Shown here: piece by piece, positions 24,201-36,830 of the stretch | Position numbering within the stretch: the first letter of the stretch is position 1 | How the letters are laid out: each line of letters starts with the position of its first letter | Origin: Lama glama | Lineage: Eukaryota | Direction of reading: 5' to 3' | Assembly: GCA_028534125.1 (NCBI GenBank) | Contig: CM052837.1 | Location: forward strand, 35,960,001-36,024,000 | DNA length: 64,000 nt | Notes under the pieces: model-generated | Told to the model about the DNA's origin: nothing | The model's database searches: none | The model's input: only the letters and a program-made list of their open reading frames with translations | Program-made: the position numbers and the translations under genes

Positions 24201-26568
24201 GACAGGCCATCAGAATCCGGGCTCCGCCGCCCACCAGCCAGATGTGGGCTTGATGCCTGAACGTGCCATCTGGATCCTCAGGGACAAGCTGCGGGTAGCA
24301 GTGGTCCCGCCTCCTCTCATGACGCTTCAGTGAACGCGGGTGTGTGCAGTCTCAGACGCGGGCTCGGCCCGTGGCCGGCACCGGGCGCCTGTCAGCCGGC
24401 AAGCATGTGAAGACTGTCGTGCGTGTTTCAGGGCCCGGCACACCCTAGGTGCTCGATCCACGCCGCTAACGGAGCAAGTGAGGACTCCTTCTCCCTGCGC
24501 TGTCCGCTTCTCACTCACAGCAACTCGGTCCTTTTCCTTGCTTTACCTGGCAGAGCTCGCTGGGGTGTAGAACAGCGCAGAGAAGTCCGCAAACCACCGG
24601 ACTTCCACAGAGGGAGTCTGCACGCATGATCAGCAGGTAGATGGGGGAACGGGGCCTCTCCGGCGTCCCCAGAAGCCCCTCGTGCTCGGCCAGTCCTGTC
24701 CCGGGGGCGGCCGCTGTCCTGACTCCCTCAGCGCAGGTCACCTTCGCCATCCGCGGAAGCGCACGGCATCCTCCATTGGGCTGCTTCCTTCCCCCAGCTC
24801 GAGGGGAGGTGTGGTGCCCACTCTTCTGTGGGACAGCGACCTGCTGTGGACACCAGGACAGCGCTGCTGGCCTGCCCAGCTCCCCACCGGGCCTCGCTAC
24901 TCTGCCTCGAGCTCCGGGCCCCTCACCCGGGGGAAGCAGTCACTTGCTCTCCGTGTTTCCGATTATATTCACCTCTGGAGCCGTTTGTGCAGAGACTAAA
25001 ACGGATTTGGTGTGATGAATCACAAAATCGCACCCTTTACTCAAAAACTCCACGTAAACAGCAGTTCCATTTGGGATGAATTGGACCCACACAATGAGTT
25101 ATGGGCTCATTAGAGTGGCAGAGCGCCTTCCTTTATCATATCAAGTTTACTTAAATCACACAGAACGTTCATTTTTAACACAGAACATTCATTTTTAGAA
25201 ACACTTCGCACCCACCTCAAGGAATCATCGGGGTTGCTCCAGGAGACACGACACAATCCCGTTTTTAACAGGATGCACGTGGCTTGCGATTGTGTGACAG
25301 CCTGATTCCATTATGCCTTCCCTCTGGGGACAGCCCACAAAGATTGATTACACATTAAAAATGGTATTAAAGGAAGAGAGAGCCTGCGTGTCTTCTGCCT
25401 GTGGCTCTGAGCGTGGCCCCACGCTCTCCCTCACTCAGATGCCCCCCATCCCCCCTGTGGTGGGATGGCTCCCTGCACCCCTGCCCCCAAGGGACACGCA
25501 CACATTCCTCTGCCTTTCTTTTGAAGAGTCTCTTGACCATGGCATGTGCCAGCAATGGTGACGAAGGTGTGCATTTGGGCATCGCTGAGTCATCCAGGCC
25601 TGGGTCTTTTCTGGAAAATACACCCAGGATGACGTGGGCAGACGCAGGCTTTGTTCTCTGGTCGGCTCCCCATGTGTGTGCCCCCAGGACCCAGAAGCGG
25701 GTGGGGAACCACTCCAACCTTTCTGTGATTGAGGAAAGAAAGCCTGGTGGGTGGGGTGGGGGTCGTCCAGGCCTCCGTGCAGAGACCGTGTTCCAATCAC
25801 CACCAGGACCCCGGGTGCTCCTTACACAGACTTTTATTAAATACAACGAGTCCTTCAGATGCAGTGGCCAGAGTCCAAATGTGAACTTGAATGTTTCTTA
25901 ACTGAGCCACAGTTGAGAGAAAACAGACCGCGGGCGCCCTCTTGTCCATCACACAGCCCTTCTGTGATCTGGAGTTCCCGCTCCAGGGGCCATCCCCGCT
26001 GAAGACGTTCGCACTTGTTCACCATAGCACCGCTGTTCATAGAGGCCACACGCATAGATCCACGTGCGTCCTGTAGCCTCGGTCCAGGTCCCCAGGCTTC
26101 AGGGTCACCAGCCCCATGAGTGTCTGGCCCCGAGACCAGTGAGCGGTGGCTCTGCCCTGCTCAGGGGTGTCACAGACCAGGGGCGCCAGGCGCCAGGGCC
26201 CCGGGTAGCCTGGCCCTCCTCCCGCAGCTCTGGTCTGTGCCTCACTTTGGGGCCTGATGAATAGAAATGTCACTGAAAATTGATTTTCCATTTGGTCAAA
26301 AGAGAAGTTTATTTCTGGGTCTTTCCAAATGTAAGGTCATCCCTTGATGAGTCAGTGAAATTTTTATTGAGTTTTAACCTCGCTGTTGCGTGTTTCTGGG
26401 TGCTGTGTTCACGGGTGAACGGACACCCTACGTGCCACGAGCTAATAACCAGAAAGGCCAGGCTTGGCCCCGTGGGGACAGGCGACAGGAGGCCCGGGCT
26501 GGCCTCACTTCCCAGGAACCCTGTCACCAGGCAGCCCGCCGTGGTTCACAGGGTTCTGTGGTCGAAGA

Positions 26569-26785
26569 CAAGGGTCCAGAAATGTTTTCCGTCCAAGGGC
26601 CAGCTGGTAAACATTTCAGGCTTTGCGGTCACAGGGCCTCTGTTTACTATGTCCACTCTGCTTGTAGCACAAAAGCTGCTGTGGCAGGAAGGACCCAGCG
26701 GCGGTGGCCACCTCCCCCAGAACTGCTCCCAGAACCAGGCGGCAGGTCCGATTCAAGCTCGCGGGCCACAGTTTGTTGACCTTTG
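26569..26785 (-). mobile_element. MER58A (hAT-Charlie), GC-shifted copy
   Basis: 'aagggccagctggtaaacatttcaggctttgcggtca...tgtagcacaaaagctgc...gcgggccacagtttgttgacctttg'; both TIR remnants visible. Confidence 0.85.
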
Positions 26786-26899
26786 TCCCAGGAGACCTTT
26801 AGTTTTGTGTGACGTGACCAAGACAACACTGGGGGAGTGAAAGCAGTGCAACTCCAAGGTTGCCTCCGAGTGGAGGTGAGTTTTACGCACGGCAAGACC

Positions 26900-27560
26900 T
26901 GGATCTGCTTGTGTATTAATGGAGCTTCTTAATGTGATAGCTGTTGTCCCGGGAGCTCAGAGGGATGGGAAGAGATAAAACTCATGAACAAAACTGCCGC
27001 TCATTCACGGTCTTATTCCAGATCGAGTCTTTGTCTTAGCAGAATCGCCGCCCTTCTGCGTGCACTTGGACTTCGGGGTAGGGGGACCCCCTGGGCTCTT
27101 GAGTGTTTGTGAACTTCCCGGATGGATGGCTCGGCTGGGATCCGCAAAGTCTTGTTAACAACATTAATGTGCAACTACCTGCGTTTTAATCACGCGAAGA
27201 CAAACTCGGGCCATTCTGTTCTGGTGGAGCATCACTAATTCTAGTTACATGATAACCATGCAACGCTGGAGTTTAGAAATTAGGCCCCCGAGATGCATTA
27301 GCTGTGTGGTGCGCCGTCGCTAAACGAGCGTCAGTGTTATTATCCAGGTAATTCAAAGCAAATTTCCAGCTGTGACGATAAAATGGTTCTGGTAGTAGGT
27401 TGGGGTTTGCGCAGAAATTGCCGGTTAGGAGGAGAGCGGTTCTGTTTTCAAGCTGGAATTTTGGTGGGTTCGTTTTACTGACTCACTTTCATTAAATTCT
27501 GAGTTTTTTTAACCAGTGTGGTAACAGCACACTAGGGCAACTGTGATTATGGGTTCACAG
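26900..27560. promoter_or_regulatory. Non-repetitive lower-GC island, candidate constrained element
   Basis: Multiple ATTAAT/TAAT cores and an X-box-like GTTACATGATAAC (27244-27256); no repeat recognised. Confidence 0.35.
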
Positions 27561-28140
27561 AGAAATGGGGTCTTTCCCACCCCGTTTAGCCTGTGGCGGT
27601 CTTCGGTCTAAGTGCACAGTTCTCGTCTGGGTCCAGGATAAAAAGGAAGCTCAGTGATCGATGCCAGGAGTCCCGCCCGGGAGCGCTTGCCCTGAGCCTG
27701 GGACCGTCTCTGAGAGCCTGGCGCTGGCTGTGCCTCGCCCCCAAAGCCCTGCTTCTGCCCTCCTGGCCCGTTTCCACTGCAGACCGTGCCCATGGAGAAG
27801 TTAATTTCCAGGGCAGAAGTGTGAGTAATTAGATTTGCTCTTAAACCCTTTCTCTCGTTCTGACACCGAAGGGCTGGGAGAAGAGGGTGTAGCCGCAGCT
27901 GCCTGTGATCTGATGACCGTCCTCTGCCCGCCGTGCTGGACTGACCCCTCTTGTCTGCCTTCCATTCCCCCCACACAGTGTAGCAGATGCACAGTCAACA
28001 CGTGTCGGCTCGTGTCCGGGGAACCCCAAGGGTGCCTTGGTAGCACTTGGTCCCAGGAGAGTCACAAAGTACGTATCACACGTCCTCTCCCCTTGTCAGC
28101 GTCACCACTCCTCGTCATCCTCTCGAGTCATCACCGTCGC

Positions 28141-28325
28141 TTACTGAGCGCCTCCTACCGTCTGTGTATCGCATTCACTCGTCAGATCCTCACCCCAGCC
28201 CCGTGGGGCAGACACGGTTCCTCTTCCCATTTCACATACGAGGAGACTGAGGCACGAAGGGGGCAAGCCTCTAGGAAGAAAGCTGGAGTCGGTATTGACT
28301 GTGTCAGGGTGGTCGGAGACTCCCC
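28141..28325 (-). mobile_element. MIR SINE
   Basis: 'ttactgagcgcctcct...atcctcaccccagcccc...cccatttcacatacgaggagactgaggcac'. Confidence 0.8.
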
Positions 28326-30949
28326 TCTGACCTACGTCCCTACGACGTGCGGAAGGCCCCTCTGACGCGCAGAGCAGCGACCTCACCTCCAGGGCTGCCA
28401 GAGAGCCGCGGCCCCGGGGAGAGGGCTGCTGGGCTGCTGGCTGCCAGTTGGCCCCAGTCTCACGTTCCCCTCACTGATCAGTCACCAGCTGTGCTGAGTG
28501 GCTTTAAGGAATAAATCCCTTTCTCCCTGTTGGGCAGGCCTGGGGGGGGGGGCTCACCAGGAAACAGCATGTTTGCTCATTGGAACGAATGGGCTGTTCC
28601 GAGAGAGGAGGACCCGTGAGTCCCTGGCAGGAGCCCGCGTGCTGGTGAGAGAGGAGAGGTGGTGCGTCATCATGTCAGAGCCTGTCCATGAAGACCACGT
28701 GTAGAGCTCCCGGGGGGCTTCTCCATCCTTCCCCTGGGTACCGGGCGCCGTGCCGCTGGCCTCCCAGGGCCCTCTCGCTTGCCAAGGCAGTGCTCGTGGG
28801 ACCAGGCAGCTCACGTGCAGCCCTGCTCAAATAACGTGGGTGGGAAGAGAGAAAAGGAGAACTGCCCAAACACTTAACCTTCCGTCCCCGGGCTCAGGAC
28901 CAGCCCTTCTCCGGGTTCTAGCTGCCAACGCGCCCTCTTCCTGGGCAAGTCTGGGATCAGGATGGTGGCGATGCCATTCCCTGAAATCTTGGCCCACTCG
29001 GCTGCCAGGGAGAAGGATGTCCCTCTGGGTGGGTGGTGCCCAAGCCCTACTCTGATTCTTGGGGCCGTCATCTGGGAGGAGCAGGGGTGCCAGGTGGGGG
29101 CCGGCCACGCGCACCCCGACCTGCAGTGTCTGGCGGGACCGGAGCCCAGAGCAGCCCTCGGCGGCCCAGCCCGCAGAGTGGGGAGAGCCACCCTGTAAGG
29201 CGGCTGTTCCGACCTTGAGTTGCTGAAGGGAAGAATCCAGAATCCATCCAGCTCCTCTCACCTTCCCACAGGAATGGTTCTCTGATTTATTATTTTAATT
29301 AGAGGCTTTTAAGCTTTAATTTAAAAAGTTAAATAAGCTGACTTTCTACGTTAATCGTGGCGGAGCGAATTATCACCTGGTTACAGACGCAGGCTCTCCC
29401 CTGACGTGAGATCACTGTCCTGATAGGACCCTAGACTCTGAGCCCCACGAGTGGGCGTCTCAGCTCTGGGCCGAGGCCTCCCCGGAAGCCAGGCCGGCCC
29501 GCCTGGATCAGAGCGGTTCCCTCCAGCCCCGGGCCCAGCCTTTACTGGCCATGAGGTGTGGGCGTGAACTCGTGGGAACCCAAGCTTGGCCGCCGCGCAC
29601 AAGCTCTGCTTCTCTCCCAATGTCCCCTTGCTGGCTCCAGGAAAGCCACGGACAGATGGCCACCTTCAAAGGCGGACGCTCACTGTGTGACGGGGTGGCT
29701 TCTGCTTCTGCTCCTCGAAGCACCGGGCAGAGGTTCCCGCGGGTCTGGAGCCCCAGCGCGGGGACTCCAGGCGCCGGCTGGCACCGCCCTGCCTCCTGCC
29801 CGCTGCGTCCAAGGTCTTGCCGTCACTCAGAGGAAACACTTGCTCGCTTGCTGCCTTTTGGGTCAGTGTATTTGCACTGAGCGAGGGCTGTGAGCTACTG
29901 GGTCTGCCCTGGGGCTGTGGGGCCGTTGTCCCCGTCAGCCCTCATGGCCGTGCGGTGCAGCAGGCCAGGTCTCGCTGCCCCGGAGCGGATTCTGCGGGGG
30001 GGGCCCCCTCCCCCAGGCTACCTCGGGCTGTGTGCAAACGCGGTGTTCTCCTGCGGAGTCCTGTCCTCGGGGTGGCGAAGGCAGGAAGTGCACAGGCACT
30101 GCAGCACGATCGTTTTTTAGCTTCTGTATCAATGATGATGAATTGGATTAAAAATTGACCACACGCCGGCCAAGTAAACATCCATGGATTACCGACTACC
30201 GAGCGCGAGGGACCGTCGCCACTGCCAGTGCAGGGCACTTTACGAGTTTTTAACCACGTCTTCCATACTGCCCTTCACTGAGATGGATGGAACACTGCAT
30301 GAGTGGGGGGGGGCACTATTTCTCTGGGTGAGGTTTGCAGGAGAGGCTGTCATGGCCCCAAGGACCTGTCGGTGTCCAGGGAATCCCATAAAACCTCAGC
30401 AGCGGCCCATATCTACCCCAGCCTCACTGAGTCACCTTCTCCCTCACCGGTCACTGCCTGAGAGACGGAGAGATGAAACCCCAGAGAACAGCTGTGGGAG
30501 GCCTGCTGTACTCAGGGGAAGGTCACTGGGACCAGTGACAGCTCCACTTTCTGACAACTCTCTGGGCCTGCACAAACTTGGGCAAGTTTAGGGTTTGCCA
30601 CAGAAGTCTACTAAAAACATGCTGACTGTCAGTACAGAGCAGAGCAGACCGTCGGTTTCCCGGCCCAAAGCCCAGTGTGCTGTCGTCAGCCTGCGGTCCT
30701 GCCAGGCTGGGAGGGCTCTGCCTGCCCTGGGGACGTGTGAGCGCACAGGAGACCTTCAGCGTTGGGATCCACAGGCCCCTTAACCCAACCAAATGCCGTC
30801 CAAAAGCCACTGTTCTTGTCTCTATTAAAACAGCCATCAGAGAGTCCCCTGTACAGTTGGTAAACCTTTCCTCGTGCACACGGCCAGAAACAAGGACCCT
30901 CTTCTTTCTGGAGTCTTCTGGGGGACACAGTAACTAACCTGTGCTCTTG

Positions 30950-31325
30950 CAGGTCTTTGGACATTCCTGCCACGCTCCTGCCTCGGGGCCTTTGCACTTG
31001 CTGTTCCTGTTGCCAGGAACGCTCCTCCCCACACGGCTCAATCCCACACCTCCTTCAGGTCCTGGCCCAGATGTCACCTTCCCAATGGGGCCTCCCTGAC
31101 CTCTGACTTGGACGTGCACCCCACTGTCTCCCCAGGACTCCGGTCTCCCCGGTCTGCGTTTCTCGCTGGTGCTGGTGCAGCTCGCCTACGCGGTGTCACG
31201 CGTGTGTGCTCTGTTCACTCTCTCCCACTCTGGAATGGAAGAGCTGACGGTATCTCTGGTTAACAGCACGCCCAGGACGGGTCTGGCAAGTAGCAGGCCC
31301 TCACTGAAGACACCGCAGACGAAAG
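30950..31325 (+). mobile_element. L2 LINE 3' region
   Basis: 'cctgcctcggggcctttgcacttgctgttcctgttgccaggaacgctc...tccttcaggtcctggcccagatgtcaccttcc...tctggcaagtagcaggccctca'. Confidence 0.85.
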
Positions 31326-31339
31326 CGCAAACCTGAAAC

Positions 31340-31565
31340 CAAGGCGCGCTGGGTTGTGTGCGCCTCGGCGCAGCAGGGCCCGGTTCAAACCCTGGCTGCA
31401 CTGTCCTGCTGTGGGTGAGCGCCTGAGCTTCCCTGCACCTTGGCTTCCTCAGCTGCGCAAGGGGCCTCCTAGTCCCTCACCTCCTGGGGGCCATGATGTT
31501 GATAAGAAACTTGGAGTTTTTAGAACAAAGCCAAGCATGTAGTAAGCGCTCAACAAATGACTGTC
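31340..31565 (+). mobile_element. MIR SINE, near full length
   Basis: 'ccggttcaaaccctggct...ttcctcagctg...ttagaacaaagccaagcatgtagtaagcgctcaacaaatg'. Confidence 0.8.
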
Positions 31566-31571
31566 GAGCTT

Positions 31572-32220
31572 AACTTTTTATCTGGAAATAACTTCAAGCT
31601 TAGAGAAGAGTTGCAAAAACAGTACAGAAACACTCTTACTTTCCTGTTTTCTTTACGCCGTTTCGCCACCTGCTAGTTAGTTTTCTGCTACATGGAAAAT
31701 GTCTGCTGGCATCTCTCTGCCTGGCACCTGGTGCTGCCCTATCGTCCGTCTACCTCTGGTCTATGTGTCACCTATCATCAGCCCACCATCTGTGCATCCA
31801 CATACCCTCCGTCTAGCTACCTGCCATCCAGCTAAACACATCCGCAATGTTTTTCCTGAACCATCTGAGATTTGGTTTTGGACATCACACCCTCTTACCC
31901 CTAAATACTTCAGTGTGGATTTCCTAAGAGCAAGGATGGTCTCTTGCCTGACCACAGCACCGCTACAAACTCAGGGAAGTTATCAGCGGTTCCGGACTTC
32001 AGTCTGCAGCCCATGTTCCAGTCTGGCCAGCGGTCCCGCTGGGCGCCCCCCACCATCAGGGTGGAGTTCAGCTCACTCCCTCCTTTGGTGTTCACACCCC
32101 TTTAGTCCAGAACCATCCGAGGCCTTTCTCTGCCTCTCCGGACACTGAATTTTGAAGAGCTCAGCCTGGTTGTGCTGGGGACGCCTTGCGGTTGGGTTTG
32201 TCTGATGTCGCTCGATGAAG
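31572..32220 (-). mobile_element. L1MC5/L1ME-like 3' end
   Basis: 'aactttttatctggaaataacttcaagcttagagaagagttgcaaaaacagtacag' and 'ttttcctgaaccatctgaga...ttacccctaaatacttcagtgtggatttcctaagagcaagga'. Confidence 0.85.
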
Positions 32221-35200
32221 CTGTTAATATTCTCATCAGCCTCATAGACTCCGGACCTCCTCTAGACGACCAAGATCAATTTTTCAAGTAAAACGTGCGT
32301 ATCTCTGAGCCAGGGTGTCCCTCTCGGCGCTGAGATTTTAGCATCCTGGTGCCTTGCTGAGTGGAGACACAGTCACTGAGGTGCTAGCGTGCACGGGGAG
32401 TCAGTGGGGAAGTGGGCTGTTAGCCTAAAGCAAGTGCAGCGAAATACTGAAAGTCCAGGCCTGTCCGTCGGGGAGCCTCGTGGAAGTGCGGGGGACAGCG
32501 TCATGAGGCCGTCGCTCCACCTTGCGGGGCGGGGCTCCATTCGGCCTGCGTACCAGCACCAGAGGACGCTTGTATACAGACGTGTACACGTGCCTCCGTT
32601 ACAATTCAGAAAGAGGATCTGCAGGTGCCAGAGTTACTGGCACGGCGGGTGAGCAGTGCCCAGCACAGCCTCTTCCCAGGCCGGACGGGAAGTGGTGCTC
32701 CACTCGCGTGCACACGGGCCTGGCGGCGGGAGTGGGCCCGTGGGTCCCGGCAGCCTTGACCTACGTCAGGCTCGATCCGCGTTGCTCATTTCCAGCTGCC
32801 GGGATCTTCCGGAGCAGCCCTGCGGACGGGATGGAAAAGCAGATGGCGAGAGGCAGCCCGTCCTGGGTGCAGGGTCGGGTTCTGTGCGGTCTGAGCGGTG
32901 GTGCTGTGCCCGGGAAGGGAAGCGGTGTGTGTGGACGACTTTTTTGTACTGAAATGTTGGGCTCTTGATCTGGAACTCGAATTCCAGGAGAAGCAGTGCC
33001 AAGCGAGTGGGTAGGCTCGACCGAGAGGGAAAACAGACGTGGGAGAGGAGTGTCTTGACCCGTGGTCCGCGATGTGCTCCTGTAATAAATGCCGATCAGC
33101 TTCCCCGCCGCGCCGGGATGCTGGCGCCCCCTCCCCTTCCGTGCGCTGTGTTTGGATGTGCGGTGGCTGTTGAGAAGCTTCACAGCTTCTCCTGAGGAAA
33201 CGTGCAGTCTCGGCGCTCAAGTGGCTCAGCGTGCTGCCGTGTATTCCTGCCGCGGTTGTTTAAAAGCCCCTGTTGTAGACGGATGGGTGAGGGGGCAGGG
33301 ACCCACCCTGGGTGGGGCTGGGGGAGCTCCCCTCTGCAGATGCCGCCCTGCACAGAATCTTCCTTCAGGGAGGGAGTGCTGACCCAGGGAGGGGCTTTCG
33401 GCCTCAGTCGAGCTCTGCCTGGGAAGTGAGCCACCCCAGGACCTGTGGGGACAGGAGGTGGAGGCCTTGCCCCTGGACAGTCCCCGCCCCGGCCAGTGCT
33501 CAGGGCCGACTCCGGCACTTGCCTTGACAGCCTTGAGAGCCTCTCATTTTCTTGAGGATTTGGAGGTTTTTGTGGAAATGTCACCTGGTTTGGCATTTCA
33601 GGAGGTGGACGGGTGGTGCTGAGTGGAGCTTAGTCTGGAAAACATATCACTGTTCCTGGAAGGTGGCCTGGACCCCACAGGTTCACCGTGGTGTGTGACC
33701 ATCCCCCATCACAGAGGGGGAGACGGGGCTGGTGGGGAGGTCCCCGAGGTCCCATGACCAGTTGTGAGCACACCCAGGTCCCTGCAGGGAGCCTGTGTCA
33801 TTCAGGGGGACTCCCGGCCCCAGGTGCCCCCCGGGCCAGGAATCAGCCCCCCGCACCCCCCACACCCACTGCCATAAATGCCATCCTCTAAGCAGCAGCA
33901 AGAGGAGGCAGCAGCCGCCTGTGTGTTCTGGGTCCTCACGCAGCAGAACTCCCTCACGTCGCAACTGTGGTTGTGTGCACAAGCCGCACACAGATGCGGT
34001 TTTGATCAGCTCGGATGCAGGACAGATGGAGGGGAGAGCTCTGTGCTGCTAACATCTCGCCCACTGCCTGGAGCCCCGCTCCCCGCCTGGAGCCCTGCTC
34101 CCCTCCCCGCGGCCGCTCCGCCTGCATCCTCGCCCCGCCTTCCGCTGGAGAAGCAGCAGGCGCAGCTTTTCATTGCTGCAGATCAGCCAACTGGCTGATG
34201 GGTCAGGGCAGCCACGGGGGCCCCACGAGGCCAGGGGCCTGCAGGTGGACAGTCCAGCCAATGAGTCCAATGCCCTGGGCAGTGCTGCAGGAACCATTTG
34301 TCACCAGCCGCCCCCTGGCACCCGAGGCCTGGGGCCCCGCCCTCACCGAGCTCTCGGGCTCCAGCCCTCCTGGCCCAGGCCCTGGCCCAGGAGGTGCCTT
34401 CCCCGCCTCCTGGCTCTGCAGCCCAGCCCATGTGTTAGATTCCAAAGAGCATCTCCTCCCTTGTAACCAAGCCAAGGTTAATATTTTCACTGGGATCTCA
34501 GGCTGTCACCACCCCAGCTGACAGGCGCATGCATGCTTCACTGAGTAAGGATGTGCTGGGGAGAAGGCACGTGAGCCCCGAGTAGCAACATGAAATGAAG
34601 ATGGATGCAGGTAACTGACGTAGCGGGAAACCGTGGAGCACGGCAGGAGCGGCAGCCACAGCCCTGACGTCGCTGCCGGCAGCCGGGCTCCGCGCACAGC
34701 CGCATCGTCGGGTCCAGGCTGGCCCGCCCCGCCGCCCGGCTTTCTTCCCCAGGTGTGAACGCCACTGCACTCTTGTGGATCCCATTTAATCACAGAGAAA
34801 GGGTGATTTTCAGTTTAAGTCAAAAAGATATTTCCAAGCTTCAGCAAATGACCCAAATCAGAGAAGCGGTAAGTCTGTGCCGGATGAGCCCGTTCTGACC
34901 CTGCCGTCATTTGTCATGGGGAAGACACCGCGACTGAAGCCCTGGCTGTCCATGGAGGGACGTGTTCCCCTCTCTGCTCTAGGAGCTGGTTCACGCACTC
35001 TTCTCTGTGGGCTCCGGGCTCACCCGTAAAGCTTCTACCAAGTACAAACTGCCATGTGCCCAGCAGTGGCTGGTTAAATGCCAGGCATTGTTCCAGTGAG
35101 AGGAAAACCTTTGCCGGGGGAAGGTCCTCTCAGGATAGAGCAGAGACAACCATAGGGCAGCTTGGACACCTGTTAACAAACTCAAGGAGAGTTCAGCCAC

Positions 35201-35254
35201 GTTAAAAATCGAGGCACTGGAAAAATGTTGAAATGGTCTTATTAATCAAATTCT

Positions 35255-35610
35255 TCATTTGGGACTCTTTCAACTGCAGGTGGCCACACTGAACTCAAAG
35301 TAACTAACATAAAAAAGTTAAGCAACAGAGAAATCCAGGGGATAGCTTCAGGTGTGGTTTGATCCAGGGGTGTAAGGTGTTATCAGGGCCTTGTTTCTCT
35401 TCTATCTGCCACCTCCAGTTTGGCTCCTTTCAATCAAGGCTCTCCCCTCGTGGAGGCAAGCTGACAGTGGTCGCGCCAAGCCTACCACTTCTGCAATTTA
35501 AGGAGAGGGGAAAGAGAGAGGTTTTTTTCCTGGCAGCATTAACGTAACTCCCAGGATATGTGCTTACGGGTTACACACAGCTCCAGTGCCAGGCTCAGTG
35601 CCACATTTCA
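35255..35610. mobile_element. MLT1K-like MaLR LTR
   Basis: 'ggactctttcaactgcaggtgg...aactcaaa...tccagggga tagcttcaggtgtggtttgatccagggg...ggctctcccctcgtggaggcaag...ggaaagagag'. Confidence 0.7.
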
Positions 35611-35756
35611 CAAGCATTTATCGGATGGGCTATAATGATCATAAAAAGACACAAATTTGTAGTTATGAAGTTGAATCTGTTAACGAGATACAGACATTAA
35701 TCAAATCTTGGAGTGAAGAAAGAGCAATAAGAAGAAAGGAACATGATTCCATACAG

Positions 35757-35954
35757 CAGGGGTCTGCAAACTATGGCCCTCTGCCTGTTTTTGCAAATAA
35801 AGTTTTATTGAAACACGGCTATGCCCATCATTTACGTATTGTCTTTGGCTGCTTTCCTGCTGCAATAGCAAAGTTGAGTAATTGCAATAGTGTCTGTATG
35901 CCCCCACAAGGCCTAAAATAGTTACTCTCTACAGCAAATGTTTGCTGACTCCTA
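35757..35954 (+). mobile_element. MER58A, well-preserved AT-rich copy
   Basis: 'caggggtctgcaaactatggccc...gcctgtttttgcaaataaagttttattgaaacac...ggcctaaaatagttact...gtttgctgactcct'. Confidence 0.92.
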
Positions 35955-36656
35955 CAGGGCATGTGATAGAGGAATCTGACCCCCATGGAAAAGTGGTGCA
36001 TGCTTCCCCGGGGGACGCATGAACTGAGATCTCAGGACTTACTCCACAAAGAGGTGGGTGGGGAGAGCAGATGTGGGAAGGGCTGGGAAGACAGGCAGGG
36101 ACTCAACTTTCTGGGTAATGGGTTTTGGCTCTAAGACATGATGCTCCTCTGGGATTACCTTTTATGAGTGGAATGCATGGGGGAGAAGAGACGCATGGAG
36201 AAGGAGATGAAAGATGGACCCAGAGGGTTTGTGCTGCTCCTTCGGAAGTGGCGGGTGTGGGCGCTGAGTCAGAGCTGCAGAAGGAACAGAAACGAGCTCC
36301 TGGGAACACAGCTTCTCAGTGGCGGTAGTATTTTGGTTTTTATTATGTTTGTGTGTGTGAACCTAAAATGAAGCTGTTTTCTGCAGTAAGACGGCAGCCC
36401 AGATTCATCCTCCCTGGGTTGCACGCCAGTGGTGTTGTTAACCCTCTCCGCCTCCATCCTTCTTCCAGCCCATGGTGTTTGTAGATGGCAGGTCAGGGTG
36501 AGGAGGCAATGAAGAAATCTCTTGGTGCTGAGAATACCGAGCCTGAAATGATTTAGCCTTCCACCCTCATCCATGTTCTTGGCTTCACTGGTTCCTACTT
36601 GACCAGCCAAGCTGCTTAGCTGTCTCACCAGCACCTGGACAGCTCCCTGCGTGGAT

Positions 36657-36830
36657 GTGGGATGGTAACATTGCAGCATCTGTACAGCTACCTCCCCTTC
36701 CCCTGCCTGAGGCAGACATCACTAATCAATCCCCACTGGGCTAGGTGAGTCTTATCAAGCTTCTCGACTCAGAGCTCTTGAAAACACTGCCACCACTTAG
36801 CACCCAGGAGAAACCCCTTTGCCACCCAGG
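36657..36830 (-). mobile_element. MER117-like hAT element
   Basis: 'gggatggtaac...ggcagacatcactaatcaatc...gagaaacccctttgccaccc' matches the recalled MER117 ends and core. Confidence 0.65.
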
